Part shown: piece by piece, positions 1 through 8,810 of the stretch
Numbering within the stretch: the first letter of the stretch is position 1
Layout: the number at the start of each line of letters is the position of its first letter
NCBI RefSeq assembly: GCF_018336915.1
Contig: NZ_CP064923.1
Coordinates: 2,529,812-2,553,811, forward strand
DNA length: 24,000 bases
Source of the DNA: Acaryochloris marina S15
GTDB lineage: Bacteria; Cyanobacteriota; Cyanobacteriia; Thermosynechococcales; Thermosynechococcaceae
Reading direction: 5' to 3'
Notes under the pieces: model-generated
Databases searched by the model: none
What the model saw: only the letters and a program-made list of their open reading frames with translations
Told to the model about the DNA's origin: nothing
Made by a program: the position numbers and the translations under genes

Positions 1-80
1 ACTATACGAATGTTAGTTGGAGATGTGTATAGCACTCCATTCCAAGCATATTGTTATGCCGAACATGCTAGTGTAATAGT

Positions 81-251
81 ATGATTGTACTAAAGTTTAA
101 AGCAAGAACCAGTCAGCATCAAACAAGTGCGATTGATGAAGCCATCAGGACAGCTCAATTCATTCGTAATAAGTGCTTGCGCTTTTGGATGGATAACAAA
201 GGTACAGGCAAATACGACTGTAAGCGTAAATATCCTACATTAAAAGCCTAA
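81..251 (+). pseudogene. tnpB: N-terminal remnant of an IS200/IS605-family TnpB (OrfB), cut by the ISKra4-like insertion
   Basis: The ATG at 81 opens MIVLKFKARTSQHQTSAIDEAIRTAQFIRNKCLRFWMDNKGTGKYD. This matches the conserved TnpB N-terminus I remember from cyanobacteria (..AIDEAIRTxQFIRNKxLRxWMDN..). The similarity stops at about 218, where the IS inverted repeat begins. The reading frame then runs into IS sequence and stops at 249-251. No continuation is found after 1686 in any frame. Confidence 0.55.
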
Positions 252-1686
252 TTCTCAAGCAGCTTTTTCTTCTTCAGGAAGAACTAAATCTAGCCAATTA
301 TCACTCCATTCATTACTGATCATACTCGCCCTGATTTGCAAGACATTATGGGCACCTACCCGAGTCCATTGCATCTTCTGCTTCTTTTTATGGCGAGCAT
401 TAATGAGGGTGTCAATATGAGATTCTGCAACTTGACTGGTATAAGCTAGCCCCGCTTTATCTCGCTCGTCATAATTGACAAGATATTCACTGTTATTCTT
501 TAAGTAATCGTATAAGCCTTTGAGCTTTGTTTGCTTCTTCTCATCTGAAATGTTGTCTCGAAGCATGGCAATCTTCTGCAGAGCATCATCTACTTTTCCA
601 TGCCATAAACTCCCCTTCGCACTATCGAGGGATTCTGCAAAGGTTTCACCCAGTGCATTGCTGACATTTCGGAATTTCTTGCCGATATGAAACCAGTCCA
701 AGATCAGCTCTAATGCTTTGCAATGAGGCTCAAGAACTGAGATGACTGACCAGCAGTTGCTAGCACCATCGGCCAAGGCAGTGACCTGTGTCTCTTCTGT
801 CATCCCTTGTTTAAGTGCCGCATGATGCAGATAGGTCTTGATGGTTTGCAACTCATCCTCTAAGGCGGAAACAACACAAGTCTTTTCCGTAATTTGGCGA
901 TGATGTTTATCAACTACTTCAATGGCACTAGGACGATAAACGATGCCAGATAAGGCTTCAAAACTGCGCTTGTCTTTATCTTTGGTAGGAATATGACCCC
1001 CATCGACTTGAGCAATGAGTTCTGCTGCCGGGGTGGGTAACTCTTCTTGATCTGGAGGGGTAGTGTTCGCTTGAGATAAACGCTCACCGACTTGATTGGT
1101 CACGTTTTTGATTTGGACATGGTTATTCACACTCCGGCGCTGAGCATTCAGCCGCTCCATATTATCCTGAGCTTCTCGATAGCTATGCAAGGCACCATTC
1201 TCACATTGCAGTTTTACTAAGTCAGGATGAGTATCTGTGCCAAAGACGCTCAACACCGATGGCATACTTTGCCATCGACACTCAGGATTCTTGCACCGAT
1301 GTTTTTGGATACGGAGTTTATGATCGCTGAAGACGGCATGGAATGTAGATGGTTGAAAACCAAGCTTGCCTATTTTCCCACCACATTTGATGCACTGCGT
1401 AACTCCAGTATCGATGAGGGTAGATTGTTCGGATAACAGAGCACTTTGGACTTTGGAAAGCAGAGAGATTTGTTCTTCGTGACGCAATCCTAGATCTAGA
1501 ATAGATTCTGGTTGCTTGATGTCATAGATTTTTAGAGTGTCTCGTTTAACGACTTCCTGAGTGGTAACCGAAACTTTCTCCACAATCACTCTAAATTCGT
1601 AGTCCATCTCTCACCGTTACTCTCGAACCTCTGCAAGAGATAGAGTAACACTAAAAACTTGAATAATGTACAAAAATTACGCTTTC
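219..1686 (-). mobile_element. ISKra4-family-like insertion sequence (about 1.47 kb) with imperfect terminal inverted repeats
   Basis: The left end TGTAAGCGTAAATATCCTACATT (219-241) matches the reverse complement of the right end AATGTACAAAAATTACGCTTTCA (1664-1686) at 18 of 23 positions. These ends bracket a single 450-aa transposase ORF. Confidence 0.55.
255..1607 (-). CDS. ISKra4-family-like transposase (450 aa)
   Basis: Single long ORF between the inverted repeats. It has an N-terminal Cys cluster (CIKCGGK...HRCKNPEC) and an ELILDWFHIGKKF motif, both typical of ISKra4/ISL3-type DDE transposases. The family assignment is from memory of similar cyanobacterial proteins. Confidence 0.6.
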   Translation of the reverse strand: MDYEFRVIVEKVSVTTQEVVKRDTLKIYDIKQPESILDLGLRHEEQISLLSKVQSALLSEQSTLIDTGVTQCIKCGGKIGKLGFQPSTFHAVFSDHKLRIQKHRCKNPECRWQSMPSVLSVFGTDTHPDLVKLQCENGALHSYREAQDNMERLNAQRRSVNNHVQIKNVTNQVGERLSQANTTPPDQEELPTPAAELIAQVDGGHIPTKDKDKRSFEALSGIVYRPSAIEVVDKHHRQITEKTCVVSALEDELQTIKTYLHHAALKQGMTEETQVTALADGASNCWSVISVLEPHCKALELILDWFHIGKKFRNVSNALGETFAESLDSAKGSLWHGKVDDALQKIAMLRDNISDEKKQTKLKGLYDYLKNNSEYLVNYDERDKAGLAYTSQVAESHIDTLINARHKKKQKMQWTRVGAHNVLQIRASMISNEWSDNWLDLVLPEEEKAA

Positions 1687-1779
1687 ATTGCTGTCTCCAT
1701 TCCTCTGACTAATGCACAGAAGTTTAGAGGTTGGCCTGGTCTGGTTAGGGGGAATGACCTGTCGAAATGATGGTTAGGG

Positions 1780-1948
1780 GGTGGCGAAGTTTATTGCCAT
1801 TTGACCGGCGAAGTTATTACCACAGAGGTGGCGAAGTTTATTGCCATTTGACCGGCGAAGATAACTTCCAAAGGGGTGGCGAAGTTGCTGCTATTTGACC
1901 GGCGAGGTTGCCCTCCAAAGGGGTGGCGAAGTTTGTGAGAATATGCAG
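1780..1948. repeat. Tandem direct-repeat array: 7 units of 23-24 bp starting GGCGA(A/G)G, organised as 3.5 higher-order 47-48-bp units
   Basis: GGCGA cores start at 1783, 1807, 1830, 1854, 1878, 1901 and 1925, with spacings of 24, 23, 24, 24, 23 and 24 bp. Units alternate between the type GGCGAAGTTTATTGCCATTTGACC and the type GGCGAAG(N)CAAAGGGGT. Two GGTTAGGGGG copies (1743, 1772) lie just upstream. Confidence 0.9.
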
Positions 1949-2272
1949 CTATCTTTTGAATCTCATGTGATAGACAATAGAGAACCACCGACCAATCATC
2001 CTTCGCTAATTCAAGAAATGATTGACTTGGGGTTGGTCAAGACTCAAAGGAGCCGGGCTCACTGCGATCTCTCCCGATTTCAAAGAGAATGTTGGTTTGA
2101 GTATTGTTCTGACTTGGTGTTGCCATCCATCTATACCTGGGAATTGTGGCACGAGAAATTCATCACCAGTCAAAAGGAATCGACTACCCTGATCGCACCT
2201 GGGGAAGACTTTGAGCATTTTAACTATGTATGGGTACAAGAGATGGAAATCCAGACAGTGCAACCAGGCTAA
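1943..2272 (+). CDS. Hypothetical protein (about 109 aa from the ATG at 1943; the ORF is open from a TTG at 1895)
   Basis: An ORF with protein-like composition sits immediately after the repeat array. I recognise no motif. The antisense ORF 2006..2263 competes with it. Confidence 0.3.
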   Translation: MQLSFESHVIDNREPPTNHPSLIQEMIDLGLVKTQRSRAHCDLSRFQRECWFEYCSDLVLPSIYTWELWHEKFITSQKESTTLIAPGEDFEHFNYVWVQEMEIQTVQPG

Positions 2273-2350
2273 ATTTAGATGGTTAAGGTTCTGATTGCTT
2301 CATGGCACTATAAGATGTTGCATTAACTATGGCGAAGACCAAAACGTTGT

Positions 2351-2737
2351 TTGAAGATGATAGAAATCAGATGGCTGGAGAAGGATATCAGTATGACTTA
2401 TGTATGTGAATTAGGCCCCGGCCACAGCATGTACCTTGACAACCAAGGTGCTCAGACCTTAGTCACTTTAATGATGGGTACTCCTGGACAACAACAACAG
2501 TCTAGTAATAGTTTTGGAACAGGCTGTTGGACAGCTCCACCTGAAATTTATCGAACGCCCCAAGAATTCGTCATTAAAGTAACCACTACTCACGGTGAGC
2601 AGTTTATCCAAGTGCAGGGCAGCAGCATGATTAGTATGACGAGCATCCCATCTTTGCAGAAGTCTCAACAGATACAAATAAACCTAAGTGAGGCGATCCC
2701 CTCTATTTCTGGTAGTGTCGCAAAAATAGAGTGTTGA
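2351..2737 (+). CDS. Hypothetical protein whose native 3' end has been replaced by IS6 copy 1
   Basis: The ORF crosses the IS left end at 2711, so its last 9 codons (GSVAKIEC plus stop) are IS sequence. Alternative starts are ATG 2357 and ATG 2393 (MTYVCELGPGHS...). No recognised domain. Confidence 0.35.
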   Translation: MKMIEIRWLEKDISMTYVCELGPGHSMYLDNQGAQTLVTLMMGTPGQQQQSSNSFGTGCWTAPPEIYRTPQEFVIKVTTTHGEQFIQVQGSSMISMTSIPSLQKSQQIQINLSEAIPSISGSVAKIEC

Positions 2738-3554
2738 CCGATAGACAGTGGTAAATTGAGAGGCTCTGTTCCTTTTCTCTCCCATCAATGAAAACTACTG
2801 ATCTGTTCAAATGGCGTCATTACCAATCTGAGATCATCCTGCTCAATGTTCGTTGGTATTGCCGTTATCCCCTCAGCTATAGAAATTTAGAAGAGATGAT
2901 GATAGAGAGGGGCTTAGAGGTGGATCACAGCACCATCAATCGGTGGGTTCTCAAATATTCTCCTGAGCTAGACAAGCGCTGTCGTCGGCATCTCAAGCCT
3001 ACCAATGATTCTTGGAGAGTTGATGAAACTTACATCAAAATCCGTAAAAAGTGGCGATACCTATATCGAGCCGTAGACTCTGATGGCTACACCCTCGACT
3101 TTTTACTCACAGCAAAGCGGGATGCTAAGGCTGCGAAGCGCTTTCTGACTAAAGCACTGAATGCCGTTCATACCCATGAACCTCGGGTGATCAATGTGGA
3201 CAAGAATCCAGCATATCCTCCTGCTGTTGAGCAGTTACAGGAAGAGGAACGTATCCCTGAAGGAGTAAAAGTACGGCAGGTAAAATACCTCAATAATATA
3301 GTGGAGCAAGATCATCGTGGCATTAAAAGTCTCGTGAACCCTGGTATGGGATTTGGATCGTTTAACTCGGCTAGACGAACCTTAAAAGGGTATGAAGCGA
3401 TGAACATGATCCGTAAAGGTCAGATCAAAAATGTGGGCAAAGATGATGTGGTAGGACAGATCTCTTTTATCAATCAAATCTTCGGATTAGCTGCATAGTC
3501 TCGGATAGAAATCTGAGGAGTTTTGTAACTGGAAGCATTTTTTGCGACACAACC
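2711..3554 (+). mobile_element. IS6-family insertion sequence, copy 1 (844 bp)
   Basis: The left inverted repeat is GGTAGTGTCGCAAAAA (from 2711). The right end is TTTTTGCGACACAACC (ending 3554), whose reverse complement is GGTTGTGTCGCAAAAA. The repeats match at 15 of 16 positions and resemble the IS26-type GGCACTGTTGCAAA terminus. The element carries one 236-aa transposase gene. The flanking 8-mers CTATTTCT and ATCATTAC differ. Confidence 0.9.
2788..3498 (+). CDS. IS6-family DDE transposase (236 aa)
   Basis: The size, single-ORF organisation and termini match the IS6 family. The protein is identical to the copy at 22792..23502. Confidence 0.9.
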   Translation: MKTTDLFKWRHYQSEIILLNVRWYCRYPLSYRNLEEMMIERGLEVDHSTINRWVLKYSPELDKRCRRHLKPTNDSWRVDETYIKIRKKWRYLYRAVDSDGYTLDFLLTAKRDAKAAKRFLTKALNAVHTHEPRVINVDKNPAYPPAVEQLQEEERIPEGVKVRQVKYLNNIVEQDHRGIKSLVNPGMGFGSFNSARRTLKGYEAMNMIRKGQIKNVGKDDVVGQISFINQIFGLAA

Positions 3555-3575
3555 ATCATTACTGAACGAGATATC

Positions 3576-6500
3576 TTGCAATTACAAACCTTAGGGATTC
3601 CTACGACCACTACATTCGTTGAGCAGGTCATGAGTAGCCCACTATTTTTTGTCGATCCTAGAGATAGCCTGTGGTCGGTTTATCAACAAATGCATCACCA
3701 TCACATCCGCCGCATGGTGGTGGTTGATTCAAATAATAGTAATCATCTCTTGGGGATTGTCAATCAAGATGATCTGCTCCATTTATTCGACCCATTGGCG
3801 ATGAATGAGACCCCGCAAGTACAGGTTGAGCCGTTTAAACAAGAAAAAATCAACCTATTGCAGGACTGGAATCATGGCTTGGAACAGCAACAACAGTTGC
3901 TAGAGGATATTATCCTTGCCAAGGATCGAGCCCAGCTATTGGAACAACAGAATCTTCGACTTCAACAGGAAATTAAAGACAAGGAGCAAGCAGAAGCAGA
4001 ATTAAACCAACAAATTGAGCAGGAAAGGCTACTACGACTTATTACCCAAGACATTCATAGCACCAGAGATATTAAGGAACTGCAGTCTCTTGTTGTCAAT
4101 CAAGTCCGTCAGACGGTTAGGGCAGATCGAGCTTTGCTGTTTCGCTTAATGCCAGGAGGGGGAGGCATCATTCTTGAGGAATCTGTTCTCCCTAGCTATC
4201 CTGCTATGGAAGAGCTAGATGGTGAAGATCAAGATTTCCCACCTGAATGCTATGAGTTTTATCTCCAAAGAAAACCGCGAATCGTTTTGGACTTACACCA
4301 AGACGACTGGAGTCATTGCTTAAAACAATTCTGGATGCCAGCCCAGGTCAAATCTAAGATTGTGGCCCCCATTGTGCAATCCCAAAATCATGGCCACAAA
4401 AGGTTATGGGGGTTATTAGTGGTTCATGCCTGTGACTATCCTCGGGTATGGCAGCCAGATGAAGCTTTATTCCTGCAGCAAGTGGCCAATCAATTTGCAG
4501 TTGCGATTCAACAAGCTGACTTAGCTATACAGTTACAGCAAGAATTAGTAGAACGGCAACAGAGCGATCTAGCTCTAGCTCAAGAGTTACAACGATCGCA
4601 GCTTTTAGGTAAAATCACTCAGAAAATCCATGAAAGTCTGGATAGCCTTCATGTTTTTGAAACGGCAGTAGTAGAAATTCGTCGCGCTCTTAAAGCGAGT
4701 CGATGCAACATTTTTGTCTATAGTGCTGTGGATGACCCTCATTTCTCTTTGATGTTCCATGATTATGAAGCAGATTATCCAGACCAAGGACCAGAGATTG
4801 TCCGCTTAGCCGATCATGAGTATGTGCGGCAACTGGCAAACCAACCAGAAGCAATTGCCAGCCCCCAGGCTCAATCCGATCCATTATTGGTAAGTTGCTT
4901 GCCAATGGTTGAAGCCCTTTCCATTCAATCTATGGTTAGTATTCGCACGTCTTACCAAGGCAATGTGAATGGAGCGATTACGATTAGCCAATGCGATCGC
5001 ATCCGGGATTGGACCCCCGAGGAATTAGACTTACTCACTGCAGTCGCCACAGAAGTGGGCATTGCCCTAGCCCACGCCAACTTACTCACCCAAGAACTCC
5101 ACCAGCGAGAACAACTCTCTCAAAAGAACCAACAACTACATACTGAAATCGAAGAGAAGAAACAAACACAGACCCTTCTCAAACTCGTGATGGATTCCAT
5201 TCCTCAAGCCATTTTTTGGAAGGACAGAACCTCTCGCTATTTAGGGTGTAATCGTGCTTTTGCCAAAGAAGCGGGTTTTAACACTGCAGAAGAGATTATT
5301 GGCAAAACTGACCAAGAGATGCCTTGGCCACCGGAAGAAGCAGAATGGTATCGGCTTTCTGATCTAGAAGTCATAAACTCCAACCAACCCCAATTCCATG
5401 TCCTTGAAACTCAGCTACGCGCCGACGGGACAAAAACGTGGATGGACACCAATAAAGTCCCTCTTCATAACCCTAAAGGAAAAGTGGTAGGGGTTTTGGG
5501 AACTGCCGAAGATATTACAGAGCGGATTCAGGTCGAAGCCGAGTTGCAGCAACAACTCCAACGAGAACAGGTCTTATCCGAAATTACCAACCAAATTCGT
5601 CAGAGCCTCGATCTGGACATCCTTTTAAAATCTGCAGTAGAACAGCTCTGTGCTTTATTCCAAGTCAGTCGGTGTTCCTTTTTTACTTACACTGACCAGC
5701 CCAACCCTCAACTCGTACTCTCTGCCCAAGCCTATTCACAGCCAGAATGGGAAGCTGCTCTTTCTCATCCCCTCCTCACCTCAGATCATCCTCGTCTTTT
5801 AAAGTTACTTGCGAATGATCGAGTTCGCCCTGTGTCTGATATTTGGCAAGAGCCTAGTCTGGCGACATCAGAAAAAGAAAGCCTGTCTTCTACCCTAAGA
5901 ATTAGAGCCTATCTCAGCGTTAGAACAGCCTTTAAAAATCATCCAAATGGCATTATATTCCTCGACCAATGCGAGCGCAGACGGAATTGGACCAAAGATG
6001 AAGTCTCTTTATTGGGAACAGTTGCAGCCCAGCTAGGGATTGCTGTTGCCCATGCTGATTTATTAGCGGATGAACAGAAGCAGCGTCAGGACTTAAAACT
6101 TCAGAACCGCCGCCTGCAGGAAGAGATCGCCCATCGAAATCAGGCCGAGAAAGCATTAGCAAAGCAACTCGAAAAAGCTGAACTGTTAGAGAAAATTGTT
6201 CAACAAATTCGGCAAAGTCTTGAACCACAGTTAATTTTCCGCACTGCCGTGACTCAGGTACGACAATTACTAGCTGCAGATCGCGTCTGCATCTATCGAT
6301 TTATAGAGGATACGGACCACGCCCAAGGCATGATGGTCGCAGAAGAAGTACTCCCAGAGTTTCCATCTGCCCTGACAGCCCATGTGCGAGACCGATGCTT
6401 TGGTGACCAATATGCAAATCGTTATCAGAGCGGTCGCTTCCAGGCTGTTGCCGATATTCATGAAGCTGGCCTTAGTGATTGCCATATTGAAATTTTGGCC

Positions 6501-8234
6501 CAGTTTCATATCCGTGCCAACTTAGTTCTGCCCCTACTCCAGGGAGATAACTTATGGGGATTGCTCTGTATTCATCAATGTTCAGGGCCGCGATCTTGGC
6601 AGCCGGATGAAATAGAGTTTGTGCAGAAGATTGCCAATCAACTGGGTATTGCCCTATATCAAGCTGAACTCCTGCTTAAAGAACAGCATCAACGCCATGT
6701 CTTATCGGTTCGAAGCCAAGAATTGACCTTCAACAATCAACAGTTGGCGGCCGCTAAACAAGAAGCTGAAACAGCTCAGAAAAAAGCAGAGCAGGCGAAT
6801 CGAGCCAAAAGTACATTTCTGGCAAATATGAGCCATGAATTGAGGACACCCTTAAATGCCATCCTAGGTTTTAGCCAGTTGATCAGTCGTGACCCCAGTA
6901 CCCCGAACTATCAGCTAGAACAACTAGAAATTATTAATCGTAGCGGTGAACATCTGCTGGCCTTAATTAACGATGTCCTCACCATGTCCAAGATTGAAGC
7001 AGGACGTTCTTCTCTCCACTCCCAAATTGTAGATTTACCGTTGCTTCTGGATACTGTGGAAAGTATGCTCGGGATTAAAGCGAAGCAAAAAAGGCTGACA
7101 CTGCTAATTAACCGTGGGCCTAACCCACCTCAGTACATTCGGACAGACCCCGGAAAACTCCGACAGGTATTAATGAATTTACTGAGTAATGCCATTAAAT
7201 TTACCACCAGTGGTCATGTCCAGCTGCACCTGGAGCCCAGTGCCTTAGACACTTCTGAGAGTTCAGATGCACCTCCATTACTAGAGCTGCGGTTTACAGT
7301 GACAGATACAGGGTCCGGCATTGCCCCAGAAGAACTTAAGTTGTTATTTGAGCCGTTTGCCCAGACAGAAACGGGGCGTCAATCCCAAGAAGGAACAGGC
7401 TTAGGATTGGCTATTAGCCGTCAATTCGTACAGCTGATGGGCGGAAATTTGACTGCCCAGAGTATCCATAACCAGGGCACAACTTTCACCTTCAATATTG
7501 TGGTTGAAAAAGTTCTACAGCAAAAGCAATCTCTCTCTCATCGTCAGTTCATGGGGTTATTACCAGATCAACCTCAATATCGAATTCTGGTAGTGGAAGA
7601 TAATATGGATAGTCGTGAATTGTTAGTAACCCTACTAGAAACTATTGGTTTTACGGTTAAGGCAGCTAAAAATGGTGAAGTAGCCGTTACACTATGCCAA
7701 AGCTGGCAACCTGATTTAGTCTGGATGGATTTGCGACTACCTATCCTAGACGGATTGAGCGCTACGCGTTTGATCAAGCAAATGGAGAATCCCCCTGTCG
7801 TCATTGCCTTAACAGCTAATGCCTTTGATGAAGATCGTGACTTGGCACTACGAGCAGGATGTGATGATTTCGTTCATAAGCCTTATCGAGAAGCAAGTAT
7901 TTTCGAAAAAATGGCTCTACATTTAGAGGTGGAGTATCATTACCAAGATAAAGTACCTCTCAAATCAACGATTCCCACCTTAAATGTGGACCATCTAGCT
8001 CAAATGCCTCATCCTTGGCTAGTTCAATTACATCAAGCGACTAATAATCTCGACCAACATATGGTGGAACTGCTCCTCGATGAGCTTGATGATACTGCTC
8101 AGCCATTGCAAGAAGCTCTCAGACATTTAGTATACGAGTTTCGTTATGACGAAATTCTAGCGGTTACGCATCCTCTCATTTCACCTCTTCCTCAGGACTC
8201 CACGGAACAGAGTCCTCAAAATGGGAATGGGTAA
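3576..8234 (+). CDS. Hybrid sensor histidine kinase (CBS remnant, coiled coils, 2 GAF, PAS, 2 GAF, HisKA, HATPase, REC, helical tail), 5'-truncated by IS6 copy 1
   Basis: The frame is open from the IS boundary at 3555 (IITERDILQLQ...), which falls inside a CBS motif. A second CBS follows (VMSSPLFFVDP...LLGIVNQDDLL). GAF-like cores are WGLLVVHAC, AITISQCD, GIIFLDQCE and WGLLCIHQC. The PAS region runs MDSIPQAIFWKD...GTAEDITERI. The H-box is SHELRTPLN (His codon 6834-6836). ATPase boxes are LLSNAIKFT, DTGSGI and GTGLGL. The REC domain is ILVVEDN...WMDLRLP (Asp codon 7728-7730). The only nearby start is a TTG at 3576, so the native N-terminus is missing. Confidence 0.85.
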   Translation: MQLQTLGIPTTTTFVEQVMSSPLFFVDPRDSLWSVYQQMHHHHIRRMVVVDSNNSNHLLGIVNQDDLLHLFDPLAMNETPQVQVEPFKQEKINLLQDWNHGLEQQQQLLEDIILAKDRAQLLEQQNLRLQQEIKDKEQAEAELNQQIEQERLLRLITQDIHSTRDIKELQSLVVNQVRQTVRADRALLFRLMPGGGGIILEESVLPSYPAMEELDGEDQDFPPECYEFYLQRKPRIVLDLHQDDWSHCLKQFWMPAQVKSKIVAPIVQSQNHGHKRLWGLLVVHACDYPRVWQPDEALFLQQVANQFAVAIQQADLAIQLQQELVERQQSDLALAQELQRSQLLGKITQKIHESLDSLHVFETAVVEIRRALKASRCNIFVYSAVDDPHFSLMFHDYEADYPDQGPEIVRLADHEYVRQLANQPEAIASPQAQSDPLLVSCLPMVEALSIQSMVSIRTSYQGNVNGAITISQCDRIRDWTPEELDLLTAVATEVGIALAHANLLTQELHQREQLSQKNQQLHTEIEEKKQTQTLLKLVMDSIPQAIFWKDRTSRYLGCNRAFAKEAGFNTAEEIIGKTDQEMPWPPEEAEWYRLSDLEVINSNQPQFHVLETQLRADGTKTWMDTNKVPLHNPKGKVVGVLGTAEDITERIQVEAELQQQLQREQVLSEITNQIRQSLDLDILLKSAVEQLCALFQVSRCSFFTYTDQPNPQLVLSAQAYSQPEWEAALSHPLLTSDHPRLLKLLANDRVRPVSDIWQEPSLATSEKESLSSTLRIRAYLSVRTAFKNHPNGIIFLDQCERRRNWTKDEVSLLGTVAAQLGIAVAHADLLADEQKQRQDLKLQNRRLQEEIAHRNQAEKALAKQLEKAELLEKIVQQIRQSLEPQLIFRTAVTQVRQLLAADRVCIYRFIEDTDHAQGMMVAEEVLPEFPSALTAHVRDRCFGDQYANRYQSGRFQAVADIHEAGLSDCHIEILAQFHIRANLVLPLLQGDNLWGLLCIHQCSGPRSWQPDEIEFVQKIANQLGIALYQAELLLKEQHQRHVLSVRSQELTFNNQQLAAAKQEAETAQKKAEQANRAKSTFLANMSHELRTPLNAILGFSQLISRDPSTPNYQLEQLEIINRSGEHLLALINDVLTMSKIEAGRSSLHSQIVDLPLLLDTVESMLGIKAKQKRLTLLINRGPNPPQYIRTDPGKLRQVLMNLLSNAIKFTTSGHVQLHLEPSALDTSESSDAPPLLELRFTVTDTGSGIAPEELKLLFEPFAQTETGRQSQEGTGLGLAISRQFVQLMGGNLTAQSIHNQGTTFTFNIVVEKVLQQKQSLSHRQFMGLLPDQPQYRILVVEDNMDSRELLVTLLETIGFTVKAAKNGEVAVTLCQSWQPDLVWMDLRLPILDGLSATRLIKQMENPPVVIALTANAFDEDRDLALRAGCDDFVHKPYREASIFEKMALHLEVEYHYQDKVPLKSTIPTLNVDHLAQMPHPWLVQLHQATNNLDQHMVELLLDELDDTAQPLQEALRHLVYEFRYDEILAVTHPLISPLPQDSTEQSPQNGNG

Positions 8235-8414
8235 GCTAAAAGTAGATATAGGAACTTTATGGAGAAGGAATTTCCCAATTCTTAAATACCCCTTTGTCTC
8301 AATCTATTTAGCTCGCTCCTGCAAAGAATGGCTTGGGAATGTCTTATCGTCAGTCAAAAGTCATCAATAACCGAAAGTCCTTGATAGGTGGCCAGCTATA
8401 TACCTAGTAAAGCC

Positions 8415-8465
8415 CTATATCCAATAATTGAATATAGTGTTATTTTTGAATATATATTTCAAAAA
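8415..8465. promoter_or_regulatory. Two palindromes just upstream of padR, candidate PadR operators
   Basis: CTATATCCAATAATTGAATATAG (8415-8437) is a 23-bp palindrome with one mismatched pair. TTTTTGAA-TATATAT-TTCAAAAA (8443-8465) has 8-bp perfect arms. The second ends 14 bp before the padR ATG at 8480. Confidence 0.45.
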
Positions 8466-8479
8466 CATCTAGCGCTGCT

Positions 8480-8809
8480 ATGTCAGAATCCAACTTGCGT
8501 TTGACGCCTAATCAAGAGGTTATCTTAGCGGCCTTACGATTACATCGACGCTATGGTCTTGAGATTCTGGCTGCGATTGAAAATAGTGGGGGGAAACAGA
8601 TTGGTTTTAATTCCCTCTATCCCAATTTAAAGAAATTAGAGAAGAAAGGACTCGTCCAGTCTGAATGGGGGGATGAGCAGCCAGAAGAGCATAGTGGGGC
8701 AAGACGAAAATACTACCGTATTACTGCTGTAGGCATCAGAGCATTAGATGTCAAACAACAGCTGCTAGCTGAGGTAGCAGTCTGGATACCTGAAACGGAA
8801 GGGGCATGA
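8480..8809 (+). CDS. PadR-family transcriptional regulator (109 aa)
   Basis: Winged-helix PadR pattern: RYGLEILAAIE...NSLYPNLKKLEKKGLVQSEW...RRKYYRITAVG. Confidence 0.8.
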   Translation: MSESNLRLTPNQEVILAALRLHRRYGLEILAAIENSGGKQIGFNSLYPNLKKLEKKGLVQSEWGDEQPEEHSGARRKYYRITAVGIRALDVKQQLLAEVAVWIPETEGA

Positions 8810-8810
8810 A

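Noticed and set aside
1687-1780. Continuation of tnpB after the ISKra4-like element
   Set aside because: All three forward frames hit stops within 7-25 codons, and none resembles the expected TnpB sequence after GKYD.
1780-1948. The tandem repeat array as a possible CRISPR array
   Set aside because: The units are contiguous 23-24-bp direct repeats with no unique spacers of comparable length between them. No cas genes or leader are present, and the repeats are not palindromic.
1227-2677. Short ORFs 1227..1436 (+), 1791..1988 (-), 2006..2263 (-), 2468..2677 (-)
   Set aside because: The first is antisense within the transposase gene. The second is made of the tandem repeat itself. The last two are antisense to the somewhat better + strand ORFs. 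None has a recognisable motif.
4605-7804. Antisense ORFs inside the kinase gene (4605..4787, 4690..4905, 5953..6228, 6270..6509, 7574..7804)
   Set aside because: All lie entirely within and opposite a 1552-codon ORF with clear domain motifs, so they are shadow ORFs.
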